From Tubiluchus corallicola (Eukaryota > Animalia > Priapulida): a stretch of DNA of 64,000 nt. This document shows positions 1 to 12,400 of the stretch, in pieces. Both the position numbers and the translations under genes were made by a program. Each line of letters starts with the position of its first letter. Position 1 is the stretch's first letter. Location of the stretch: contig JAQGDQ010000517.1 in NCBI GenBank assembly GCA_030141605.1, forward strand, positions 1 through 64,000, read 5' to 3'. The notes below the pieces were generated by a model, which was given only the letters and a program-made list of their open reading frames with translations, did no database searches and was not told the DNA's origin.

Positions 1-244
1 TATTAGCAATACGTAACTATCATTGTACGCGTTCAGTTACGTACTCAACTCGATGGCAGTACAATTCACCAAACGTCAATTTGCCATCGTGGAGCTGAGA
101 AACTGGCCCAGAGTATAAAACCCTAATAGGGCTAAAATTTGACAATTTTGAAAATTTGCTTAGAATAGAATAGAAATTTATTTTTCACTTGCATACGTAA
201 AAACACAAAGTCATTTCCATTACGGTCCAAGCAACAGAAAAAAT

Positions 245-505
245 AAAAAATACTATTACAAATTAAAAACAAGAAGTTAAGAAAAACATTATAAAATAAA
301 CACATTGCAATACATCCATAGTAAAATTAAGCACAATAATTTATAAAAATGAAAAATACTGTTATTAAAAAATAAAAAAGTTAAGAAATGTATTATAAAA
401 TATATCCATAGTAAAATTAAATATATTAATTACTAAAAATAAGAAACACTATTATTAAAAAAGCTAAGAAAGCATTATAAAATAAGTACAATACATTGCA
501 ATAAA
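245..505 (+). repeat. Degenerate AT-rich tandem repeat, about 3 units of roughly 90-105 bp
   Basis: Recurring sub-motifs AAGTTAAGAAA..ATTATAAAATA, ATCCATAGTAAAATTAA and ACATTGCAATA. Confidence 0.6.
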
Positions 506-736
506 TACGATTCATTATGTTTTAAAGCTAGGTAAGTTTCGTTGTGATGAGGATATTAAACACTTTTTGCACATATCGTCGATGGCGACACAGTCGCCGA
601 CACCAGTCTTCGATGTGATTCATTATGAAAAAAGAAAAGCATCACAAGTTAGTGCTTTTAATAGGTGAATTAAAGGTATTATAAAATATGAATACTACGC
701 TATATCATTAAGCACTAGATTGTAAATTATACTTAC

Positions 737-3517
737 TAAACCATCTATTGATGTCTTCGTTATACGTTAGTGATTTATATATTCGTTTTTGAATTTGGTG
801 CACTAAATCTATATCTAAAAATAAATGTACACTTTATTATAGTGATGGGGTAGCAATTTCTATTCAAATCATGCTAATTCTTTTTGTAATATTCAGGGCC
901 TTTTTAGAGAATTAGTATGAACTTACTTCCAGTTGAGTAAACAGAACATATGGTAGCATATTCGTCTACCCTTCCCCCGCAACATTCGTCTTTCATGCAT
1001 GTGTAACCGTAGCTGGCCTTCACACCAGAACAGGTGACATCACATCCTGTACCATTTCCAGCATGACCAGACAAGTACTCGACGTACGTTAACTCATTAG
1101 TACATACACACAAGTCGTACTGCGTAAGAGCCAATATGAAACCTTCGAAAAATTAAATCAATTTACAAACAGTGCTTTATTTTGCTAGAATTACTGTTGC
1201 AGCTGAGCAAAAAGCTGGAACTTGGAAAGCCCCGCTGCAATGCATGGTGTGTTCTTAGGTGTTAGGGGCAGGATAAAAGAGATGCGCAATGAAAAGAGAT
1301 GACATGAAGGTAAAATTAGGGTGTAAGTAAGTAATGTGAGTAGAATAGAAGAAAAAAGCTAAAAAGAATTAAAAAAACGATGAGGTGATAATGATGAAAA
1401 TGCAATGAAATGGCTATATAAAATGAACACAATATGGCAAGAAAAGTTGAAGACCAAATCTATCCAATATGTATTTAAGAGATATGTTTTCATCTCCTTC
1501 TTAAATCTAGGTTGACATGATACTGTTCCGATATTATAAGAAATAGTATTCCAAACGTTGGGACCTACAAAAGAAATAAAAAGTTAACAATGTTGGTATT
1601 ATGCTGTTTTATATTTTTGTTTGTAGGATTTATGAAAAATTGCGGAAACAAATTAAAGTGGGTTTTGTGCATAAATACCTCAATATTGTACTTAACAAGA
1701 TCATCAATTGTTAATAGATTACTGTCTTTAAAGTGTTGTTTAGAAATTGTAGAAATTTAAAAAGACTGTAAAAATTACGCAAGAATTTTCATTGCAGTGT
1801 ACGAAGTTGATTTAAATTTGAGGGGTAAGTAGGGTAGAACTAAAGAATTATATAGTATTATGAGACGAACTTTTGAAAGATTGTACTTGATGTAGGAAAT
1901 AATACCAACATTTTTTGATATTTTAAGACTAATCATGTTAATGTGCGGAGTCCAATCCAAATTTTCATGCAGGATGAGGAGGAATTGGTTTATTTTTAGA
2001 TCGAAACATGATACATTTTGTTTTACTAGAATTAAGTGCCAATTTATTAGCCTTAAGCCACACCGAAAGATTATTTAGCATATTACTCATATTAGTAACC
2101 GAAAGTTTGCACAAATCCATAAATATTGTAGTATCATCAGCAAATTGTGTTATAGTTATATTGTTCTAAAAGTTTGTAATATCATTGATATAAACAAGAA
2201 ACAATAATGGACCAAGAATTGATCCTTGTAGAAAGCCAGACTTAGCAGTTACCGTATCAGATAGAGTATTGTTGCATTTAACGCTTTGCGAACGATTAGT
2301 TACTAGCACCTAAACCAGCTGGATGCAATCCCTCGAATGCCATAGTGAAACAACTTATTGTTTAAAATGGAATGATCGACAGTATTAAACGCCTTTGAAA
2401 AATCACAAAATGCTCCGGAAGTGATGAAATTTTTCTATACTGTCAATCCATTTACTGCAAACACTTATTAAAGTCAGGTCAGTTAAGCAACCTTTACGAA
2501 AACCAAATTGATTGGGATTTAATATGTTATATAGCTTCTAGTTGATTATGTGCATATCGTTCAAATAGTTTTGAAAAAGTAGGGAGAAGGAAATTGGTCG
2601 GTAGTTCTTCATAGTAGTAGCTTCACCGGATTTGAATAAAGGAATGACATATAAAGGCTTAATAGCGTTCATTATTTTAAGACCTGTAAATGTGATTTTG
2701 CGGATGCATTTCGGAAAAATATGATTACCACCCTGCCCGCACACCAGTATTTAATTTTAAAATTTACCTTCATACTGGCAAGTGAGCGCACACTTCTCAT
2801 TGATGTTTGTTGCATCTGGGAATGAGCGAGAATGTCGGATGAAATCATTCCTAAAACTGAAACAACCTTCATAAACAATTGAGTCAAGTTGTGGACGTAA
2901 TTCTGGCACAAAATTCCATGCTAACCTAACAAAAAAATAAACAGTGAGACGACAAGTGCTCACATACCATATTTGGCATATAGTGTACAGGGCTTGTTGT
3001 GCATGTCAGGTCTTGAATAAATTCATTCAAATACAAGAACATGGCAAAGCAAACCATTCACATCTTTGCAAATATCAAAATTATTCTTACAATTTTGCTT
3101 TTTACCAAATGATCGAGTTCGTATCTTAAATCTCTACTTTATAATAATCCTCGCTAGATACTTATTATTTCGTTATTTGAATTTCATGAAGTCTATTGGC
3201 ATGAGGCATACTGACTGAGTTAAAAAGTTGGAAATAAAACGTTGTATCTGAATATACGTTTGAACAGAAGACTCACACTACTTACAGACAACTTGCAACC
3301 AACTTAGTCTATAAAGCAGAAAGGAAGCTCACATCAGCATAGTATAGGCACGCGTACTGTACTACAATTGGTCAATTTTACAAAATTGAAATTTTCAGAT
3401 ATAAATGAATGAATAATAATTATTTAATAATGAAATCGAACTTATTTCTAATGCGTACGTACATACATACCCAAAATTTATTGCTAAAGTGAACACAAAT
3501 AAAATCATAGCTTTCAT
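737..3517 (-). CDS. Gene A (3' part outside window): secreted WSC-domain protein, paralog of genes B and C
   Basis: Coding exons with GT-AG boundaries: 3517-3471 ([15 protein letters not shown], signal-peptide-like), 2925-2768 (158 nt, [24 protein letters not shown]...KCALTCQYE), 1142-927 (216 nt, [16 protein letters not shown]...CDVTCSG...ECCGG) and 814-737 (78 nt, [26 protein letters not shown]). Lengths and phases of exons 2-4 match gene B. The next exon was not found in 1-736. Confidence 0.9.
1440..2690 (-). mobile_element. Decayed non-LTR retrotransposon (CR1/L2-like LINE) reverse-transcriptase fragment in intron 2 of gene A
   Basis: Minus-strand frames with stops and frameshifts read IPLFKSG...[66 protein letters not shown]. 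These are canonical LINE RT motifs. Confidence 0.9.
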
Positions 3518-5989
3518 ACCGGCGAAAAATTATGAATCCACCAATAATCAAGTACAGACCAAACATCCAGCTTGACGGATGTGCAACAAGTGACGTAGAA
3601 TTCAAACTAACACAAAGTCAAAGTGCGAAACGTGGCTTCTTGGTTAAAAATTATTTGTGTCAGCGATATGCCTGGAAATGAAACGTCCAAGCAGACCTGC
3701 TGTTGTAACCGCTATATTGAATAGGCATGATATTACAGGAATAGTCAATAAAACTTTCATGTACTTGAAATCTACGCGTTTTCAAATATTTGTTTCATTT
3801 CGTAATTAATTCCGCATTATTAATAAAGGTAACGTAATCAAGCTATCGTAAAACAAAACTTTTTCATTATATGATGAAAGTTTACAAAATAAGCAAGATT
3901 CAAGCAGAATCTCGATAAGTCAAGTTTTTAGCATGCTGCATAAGGCAAACGAAAGCTTCTATAAATTTCTGAAACTGTCATTATTATTATTATCAGCAAC
4001 AACGTGCTTGATGTCAAACAGGTTTGTAATGGAAGTTAACCCTAAGTTTCACATAATTTATGTCATTGTTATTTTACTTATAATAACTAGTCTAGTACTA
4101 ACCCCGAACATAAAGTTAACTGCAAGAATTAAGCGGCAATAATGACGACTTGTCTACTAATATTTTATCACAGTTTTCTGAATAAATAAAATTAACCCAT
4201 TTAAATATTTAGACATTTTAATATGTTTTAACTTAGCGCATTTAAAAACCTGAGTAATATAAAACACCCTTTTAGGTCAGCTAAAAACACAGTGATAGAG
4301 ATAACGGAAATCTGGCTGAACGAAAACATAACTAATCAGTTCGTTAATTTATGCCGACAGAAATTATTCAGGTGTGACAGAAAAGCAAAGAGATGAGGAG
4401 GCATAGCAGCGTATGTTCCCCTTTAGTTGAACTACAAAATTCCAAAAGAACAAAAAGCGGGAATATTGAAACACTGCGGCTAGAACTTGAACAATATTTG
4501 GTATATGTTGTATGTAGACCATCTAGTGGACGAAAATCTAAAAAAATTAGATTATTTTGAAAAAGAATTACGCAAGGAAAAAAGTTCAGGTTCACATTAG
4601 CTCTGGCGTAGGAAAATTTAGGGCATTTACCTATAACCATTACATTTAAATTATTGTTGTAACTTTAAGCATTCAAGAACTGTTAAAATGAAGGAAATGT
4701 GTCGTTTTCTGGCTTGCGGCAGTGTTCCGGATTCTACGGGTGACCACACGTACGCATCCCCGGTCTTTGTGTTTGCCCTTAACACTAGCTCTACAGTATG
4801 TTTCCTTGCAATTTTGCAATTCAAATGCTAAACAAATATCTGCAGAACTTAATAAGAAAGAAATTATTCGACATTATTCAGAAGGCACTGCAGGTAGCAC
4901 CTGTACTTTATCGGTACTGTTAACAGAATATACGAAGATTCACCACTTTTCACATCACTGTGACAAACACTTATTTCTGAAACCAGCTGATTGACAGGAG
5001 GGGCAGTTGGTGTCCCGAAGAGGAGGGGAGAGGAGAGGGAGAAGAGAAGAGAATTAAGAGGATCGATCCTCAGAATTTTTTAGCTCCTATTTGTTATATT
5101 ATCGAGGCAATACATCGATAAGTACATGCGTAGAAAGGTTTTTGGGAAACAAATTTGTAGTTAAAAATTTAATAGAAATGCATTTACAATTAAAAAGTCA
5201 TAGAAGTAGACGATAAAATGATAAACATATACTAAGATCATACAAAGTGCAATATTACAGCATTGTAGTACAACATTTTGTTGGCACGCCATAATTTTAT
5301 AATAAGACTGTGACTAAAAAATAGAAATAAAAAAATACATGAATCTGCCTATTTACTAAAATCATATTACTACCATTTAAATGTTTTTGCTTATAAGGTA
5401 TACGGATACGGGTGAATAAAACTCACGATATATGTCATATGTCTTCTAGCATATAGTTTTTCTCTCGTAATTGTAATAACAGGTAATAAATGCCAGTGTC
5501 TTTTTGAATTTTTTGTTTTAAGTTTAGAATTTAGAACGAGGTCAGCACAGTTTTGAATAAGTTTTTTTTTTCAAATTTAACGACATCAGGGCATCAACAT
5601 AGCTGGCATACCGAGGGCTGTGTGCCCTGTAAAATTAAAATTGATCAGTTTATATTTATCTTGATAAAGTTTCATGTTATATGAAATGGCTGTTGCGTTA
5701 AGATCATTTTAACAAGGCTTGCAACTGTTATAACAGCCCAGTTTTTTCTACTACTGGTAAATCACCATCATATTAAAATGATGTTCTGCGTCTGCTGCTA
5801 AACATTCAATATGCAACTCGTATGTCGATGGACAGTGCTGTTAGGCCGATTGCCTTAAATTAAGAAGCCACGTTTGACCTTGTAATACACTGAATTGTAT
5901 GCTATATATCAAACATCGCAAGTAGAGCGTTGGGAAATCATTTTTATCTTTAGTTTTATTTGTAGGTGCATTTATAACTTTCTGGTGTT
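3518..5989. promoter_or_regulatory. Divergent (head-to-head) intergenic/promoter region of genes A and B
   Basis: The ATGs at 3517 (-) and 5990 (+) face away from each other. The 14-mer AAGAAGCCACGTTT lies about 110-130 nt upstream of each ATG (3628-3641 minus; 5862-5875 plus). Confidence 0.6.
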
Positions 5990-6424
5990 ATGAAGGTTAC
6001 AGTGATTTTAGTTTTGTTGACATCAGCAGCAAAATTTAGGTGCGTTTTTATTGCTTATTTACTTTTGCTTTTCACTATATATTATTCTATAAAAAGTCCT
6101 AATTAGAGTTATTATCGATGAATAACACAGGCACGTTAGTAGTTTAGTAGTTTACTAGCTTCCGGTATTTTCATGCCCTATGGTCATTTTTACGGTTACA
6201 ATTTGCGCACTTTCTTTTCTTTGCCAAGCTTAATTCAATATTTTCAAAAGACTATGCCAGTTAGTGATGCAGATTTTGATTAGTAAGTGTAATAACGCCG
6301 TTATTTGAAGTTGCTTCAAAATTCTTTTTAATTTTGAACACAAAACAACACAAAATACAGTATTGTGCTGAACTGAGTTGCAACAGTTAATTTTTAATGA
6401 AAAGAACACGGCAGCAAACTTTTC

Positions 6425-6466
<42 letters not shown>

Positions 6467-9400
6467 CCACTTTAAAAATTTAGTCAATATTTATCACCAA
6501 GAATCTTAATTGTAATACATCGCCTAACCTAGGCTAATTTGTTGAGCAAAGGAGATGTTGAAACATTCTGGACTGGTCTGCACTTGAACCTAAAACGTTA
6601 CAGAACGGAAGCTGTACTTTTTGTACCGCTGACGTGCTAGCCCGTATAGGAAGGTTGGTATGATTTGCAATGCCAGAGCCATTACTATTGCTTTTTTGCC
6701 AGGTTATCATGGAATCTTGTTCCGGAATTACGTCCACAACTTGACTCCATCGTCTATGAAGGTTGTTTCAGTTTTAAAAATGATTTCATACATCATTCCC
6801 TTTCTTTCCTAGATGCTACAAACATCAATGACAAATGTGCGCTTTCTTGCCAGTATGAAGGTAAGATTTTGCCCATGTCACGTTTTTCAAGTAACATGGC
6901 TGCGTGCTAATGAAATCAGCCATGACCATAAATTAGTAAACTTTAGAATTTTTTGTTATAATTAACAAAAAACATTAATTAGCGATGAAAACCCTGGGAG
7001 TTTTTCGTTTTTACATTTGTTTGAAAGTTGTCAGCTGTACAGTTGTTCACAGCTGAATGGACATCTGATCTATTTATAGCTTGTCTATTTATAGTGCATG
7101 CATGACGTATAGTCTATTAATAGAACATTCCTATAAATTTTTGATCTACTTGCTGCAATATATGAAACTAATGTCGACGGCTTAAATTTTTTTAGTTTTA
7201 TTTTAAACAGTAACTCTTGTGAAATAAAGCACAGTTCGTACATTGATTTAATTTTTCAAAGGATTCATATTGGCTCTAACGCAGTACGACTTGTGTGTAT
7301 GTACTAATGAGTTAACGTACGTCAAGTACTTGTCTGGTCATGCTGGAAATGGTACAGGATGTGACGTCACCTGCCCTGGTGTGAAGGCCAGCTACGGCTA
7401 CATATGCATAAAAGACGAGTGCTGCGGAGGAAGGGTAGATGAATATACTACCGTATTTTCTGTTTACTCAACTGGAAGTAAGTAAAGAAAATGAGCACAG
7501 GGTTTAGCTTAGATAGACGTTTTCAAAATGCATTTACGTAATGCTACACTATTTTTACTGTAACAACTGCTATAATGTTTCAAAATGCTTTCTGCAATAC
7601 GTTGGGTCTTTTTTAGTTCATTTCAAACAAAAATTGACAATCTGGGTAGTACGCTGGCATGACTTAATACTTGTCTGCAGTTCAAAATTGAGACTTGCAC
7701 TTAAGAAAATACACAGCGGCTGCAGCGCACATCGCATAGCCAGGAGAACTACCAAAGTAACAAACGCGCGTTTATTTAATTTCAGCTACTGTACCGTAAA
7801 TTGGTATATTCAATTGAATATTAGAATACGAGCGAAAGAGAAGGAAAAGGAAAAGCGTGATTAGTTTGTGAACTGCACAATTAAGTGTGTGTTATATTTT
7901 TAGATATTGATTTGTTGTACCAGATTCATCAACGAATTCATAAATCACTTATATACAATTTAGACGTCCAGCAATGGTTTAGTAAGTAATACTAAATATG
8001 GCTTATAACTTAATCAGCTATGATTTTCAAAAGTACTACAGTGTATTAATCTGCATGTTATATCTGACAATAATTCTTTTGTGTTGTTAATAGATTTTGC
8101 ATTACGTATACATGCTATTGAGGTATATTACTAGGCAACAGGGATGATCATATGGGCGTGAGAAATTTGACTTATTTTTGAAGCACTTTTGCAATAAATT
8201 CGATTCAGGTCGAGCTATTTGCAGTACGTTAGTGACGTTACAATATTTACTTTCTAGGTAATTCAATCCACTGTCCCTTCCATGACAACTTTATTCCAGG
8301 TAATTATCATTTTTTATTACCTGTAACAATTCATTGTGAATTTGGTTAATGCATTTGAATTCGTAATGAACAGTTTGGCACTGCACTAAAGCCTTTGTGA
8401 CATCCAGAATTTTTTCTTTCGTTTTACATGCTGTATCTAATATACTATACATAGTTGTATATTACTAACTAAATAGATCTCGTTTGGTTTTCAGTTTTGT
8501 TTTGTTGCTTGTTATATTATCATGGTTCTTCGAAGCTATCATGCCATTTATAACCACTGTCTGCGGCTATTTTTGTCGCTTGTGTCCAATCTGTGACTGT
8601 CCTTTGACTCTTTAGATGATGTTGAAATTATATTGCAAAATACGGAGCTGCACCTGATAACACTAAAGCGTCTTTTAAAGACCAACATTCATCCACTTTT
8701 TGAAGCTGTCCCCGTCGGACCATTGGACATGAAATTGGACAACATGGACTCGCCACAGCCCAATCAACTGGCATTTTTTGACCAATATTCAGGTACTACA
8801 GACAATGGCTCCACCCTTTGATAAACTTAATATCAAGTCCTGGACTTCGTTGGTGTCAGTAGTGGCTAATCAATTACTAAGTTAAATATCGTTTTAATGC
8901 TCTTTACTATGTGCAGCTCGGGCTTTTACGTTTGGTTCCTGATGATTCACTGATAAACTTACGACACATGAAATTGTTATGAGCCAATCCACAATTTGAG
9001 ACTTGTGCATTTTGTGCAATAATATGCATTTTGAAAATTAAAGCTAGTAGTTCGTGATAGAACTTTGCGTGTTCTGTAATATGTAGAGAAAAATCAACAC
9101 CACGCTTGATAGAGAGGTCGTTTTAGCAATGCATGCTACACTTAATTTCTCGTTTTAATGTGCAAAACGGCCGAATGAACAGTATCTGATAACTCCCAAG
9201 TCAACTGCTTCAAAAACTGAAGTCACAAAAAATTACTATGTTTATTTTAATAATCTGTTGAATAATTACATTTATACTATGTTAGTTGTTCCAGCGTTTC
9301 ATTACTCACTTAATTTTTTCTGTATCCTCGCAGGAAATATCTATATTTTTAGACAGGTTCACAGATTCGGTATCCGTTGATTCCGGCTACAATGAAGGCA

Positions 9401-12400
9401 TTTCTGTTTCTTCGCAAATTACACCAGAACACCTGCAGTATGTCTTAGGCATTAATGGCAAGGTACAGACATATTTTGCTTCTGACAGCCTAAAAACTTT
9501 CCTGTAGCAACCGGCAAGCATTATACAATTCGGTCAACCATAAATTTACTCACCTTAACTCAGTTTTTTGTGCTCATCCTAATTCACTTCTTCATCGGCC
9601 CATTTGTATGTAAATGGCTTCCTCATCCTGGAATTGCTTATCGACCTTGGCTATACTTAGCCACTTTTTAAGTCAATCTGTGCTAATTATACTTGGATAA
9701 CTTTACTGAACCTTAGTTTGATTGAAACGGTGGTTTGCTTAACCTTAGCGTTGCTAGATTTATAGCACTACCGTTGTTGTATTGGTAAGAACCACACAAA
9801 TCTTGAACACGCCTTAAATCTGTTTCAGTCTAATTTGTTTGTTCTGTTGGTTTCTATGAAACTATAAGCATTAGACAACATGCTATTGAAGACTAGAAAG
9901 AAGCATATTCAGCAAAATTAATTGCTTTTAATTGGGTCATTAACAGTTGGGGATTGACAGAAATTTATAAATTATTAGATTCACTTAATCTAGCCAAAAC
10001 ACACAAAAAACATTCGTTTTTAGTTTTTATGTAAACTGACTGCAAAACAAAAACCTGAAAAAGTCGTTCAAATAAATTACAGTATATGAGTTGATAGTTT
10101 CCGTGTAAATAGGCTATCAGAGAAATGCTACAGTAATGACTGCTAACCCATGAAATCATTTTGTGCATAGGTATCATCTACTCTAATAGATGATTTGGAC
10201 AGAGCCAATTTGTGGAGCACTCGAAACACCCATCTGTTTACAAAAGATATCACACAGAGGTTCATTATTGATGTTTCTGTGCCAGCTTACAGTTATGCTG
10301 AGGTGAGGCACTTCGTTGAAAAAGAAATCTACGAAATCAAGTGGCGGGCTCAATTCCTTGCTTCTGGGTTTGTGTCTCTTGGCTGGTGTGGAAAGTAAGT
10401 TTTCTTAATGTCAATTCTATTTTTCCTTTTATAACTCCTTTCCGTATATATATTATTCGTCTTCGTCGTTGCTGTCGTCATCGTTATTTTAATCAATACT
10501 GTCACTGTCATCATCACTGCTTGGACAAGATGGACATCTAAGTGGTCATTATGTGCATCTGGAGCAAAATTAATCAAAGATGAGTCTGATTAGTAAATGG
10601 ATAAAGCGAAAATAACTTTTAGGAGTTTTACCTGTCATATTGACTTCCCCCTGGCGGCGTTTCGTTCCTTAGGTTTAAAGAAAAACGTTTGTACTTCCGA
10701 ATGTGCTAAAACAGCTCTTCAGCTTCAGTGTTTCATCTTAGCAAGATATTCTTCGGAATAAGATAAATTCCATCATCTGTTTAATTGCTCGTTTATGTAT
10801 CGTTTATACATTTTTGTATCGTGAAAAGGTCGATTGCTGATTGAATGTTTTTCGTTTTATGAAATATACATGTACATTTTGCAACTAATAGTTTATTAAT
10901 TCCCAGTAGTTTTTCAATTATTATGGTTTATTGCACATTTTTTCCTAATGTAAGTTATAGCTGACGCTATTGCCAATCTTCAGTCAGTCTTATACGTTAT
11001 ATGTGACTGACTGGTTCCTGGAAAAGATTTTTGATGGGTGGCAAATGAATTTTAAATGGACGAATTATGGTTGTTCGAATTTGATTGAACCACAATCACC
11101 GCCGAACTCTACTCACTGTTGACGACTATAGAAAAGAAGCCTATAAAAATTTTCGCGGAAAATTCCATGGGGCTGAATTCGAGTTTTAACAACATTCCTA
11201 TAACAGTTATAACAATTTGCGCACTATTAAACTTAGCTTTCTGCATAATTGCGCAACAAACTAATCTGATGAAAAACGGCTGAACGATTGACACGGATAT
11301 GCACGTCAAGTTAATTTAGGTCCAGAAGTAGTGACGCCACTCAGTTGTTACTATTTCGCGTTGACACGGGTCAGTGGTCTAATTTTGTGATTTATTTCTG
11401 CGGGCAGTGAAACTCATTAATGTAAGAGTATTGTGTAAAGGCTCACCGTACAACATACATGTATTTACATTTACTTTTATTTGTTGATGCCTAACTACAT
11501 ACAATACAAAAAACAAGGCATATATATATATACATTTGTTTTATCAATACAACACCACAGATAAACAAACAATTATTGATAAAACAAATGTTATAAAATT
11601 GTTCTTGTTAGTTTGAGTCATTTATGTTTCCTTGGACGATCAAGACACACGACATCTGTGCGGCCGTTTACGCGCAGGAAAATTGGGCGCGGCCGTTTTG
11701 GCGTTAAACACATGCGCGCGAGAAATTTGGGTACCAGCGCCGTCGCATAGTGACTCAGTCACACAAGAATACATTATATCTGTGTTCAGGCTGTGTTCAT
11801 TCAAATCACGCTGTCTATTATAGTATGCTAAACATTTAGAGGAATCATCGTCCATTACCTGATCAGTGATTACCATATAACTTTCAAAACACCTATCGTT
11901 TTTCTTATGTAAAAATAACTATTTTCGTGAATACAATCGTGTACTGCAAACAACTGTAAGTCTGCAACTCAGCACCTGTAAAAACTCTGTTACCCAAGCG
12001 CATAATGTCGTGCATTTCACAAGAAATTTAGTAAAGGTGGCTTACAATTATCATTGTAAATCTTTATATTGATAATTATATATCAATTGATCGTTTTTGA
12101 ATTATCAGCTACTACGCGCAACGAAACAATGCATAGACAAAAAAGAAAAAAATAGATTCAGCATTAAAGTTGTATCTGCGCCCAAATGTCTCGTGTCCAG
12201 GTGTTCTTATGTCCAAATGTCTCGCGCTGAAGTCCCATGCCCAAATGTCATGTACCTAACTCAGTGAAGTTAAGCTAAATACTAGCTGAAAAACAAAACC
12301 CGGGTACTGCACAGAATGTTCTAGCTGCAATAGCCATATGAAACAAACATTTAGTCATGCTTCCAATTTTTACATTTGCGCTTTTGATAATGTTGACAAT

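Noticed and set aside
4290-4330. VIEITEIWLNEN, resembling a LINE endonuclease motif
   Set aside because: Too short and degraded to delimit an element.
9331-9352. Alternative acceptor CAG at 9333 for gene B exon 7
   Set aside because: It gives the wrong frame. The 9352 acceptor gives 110 nt, the same as the gene C exon.
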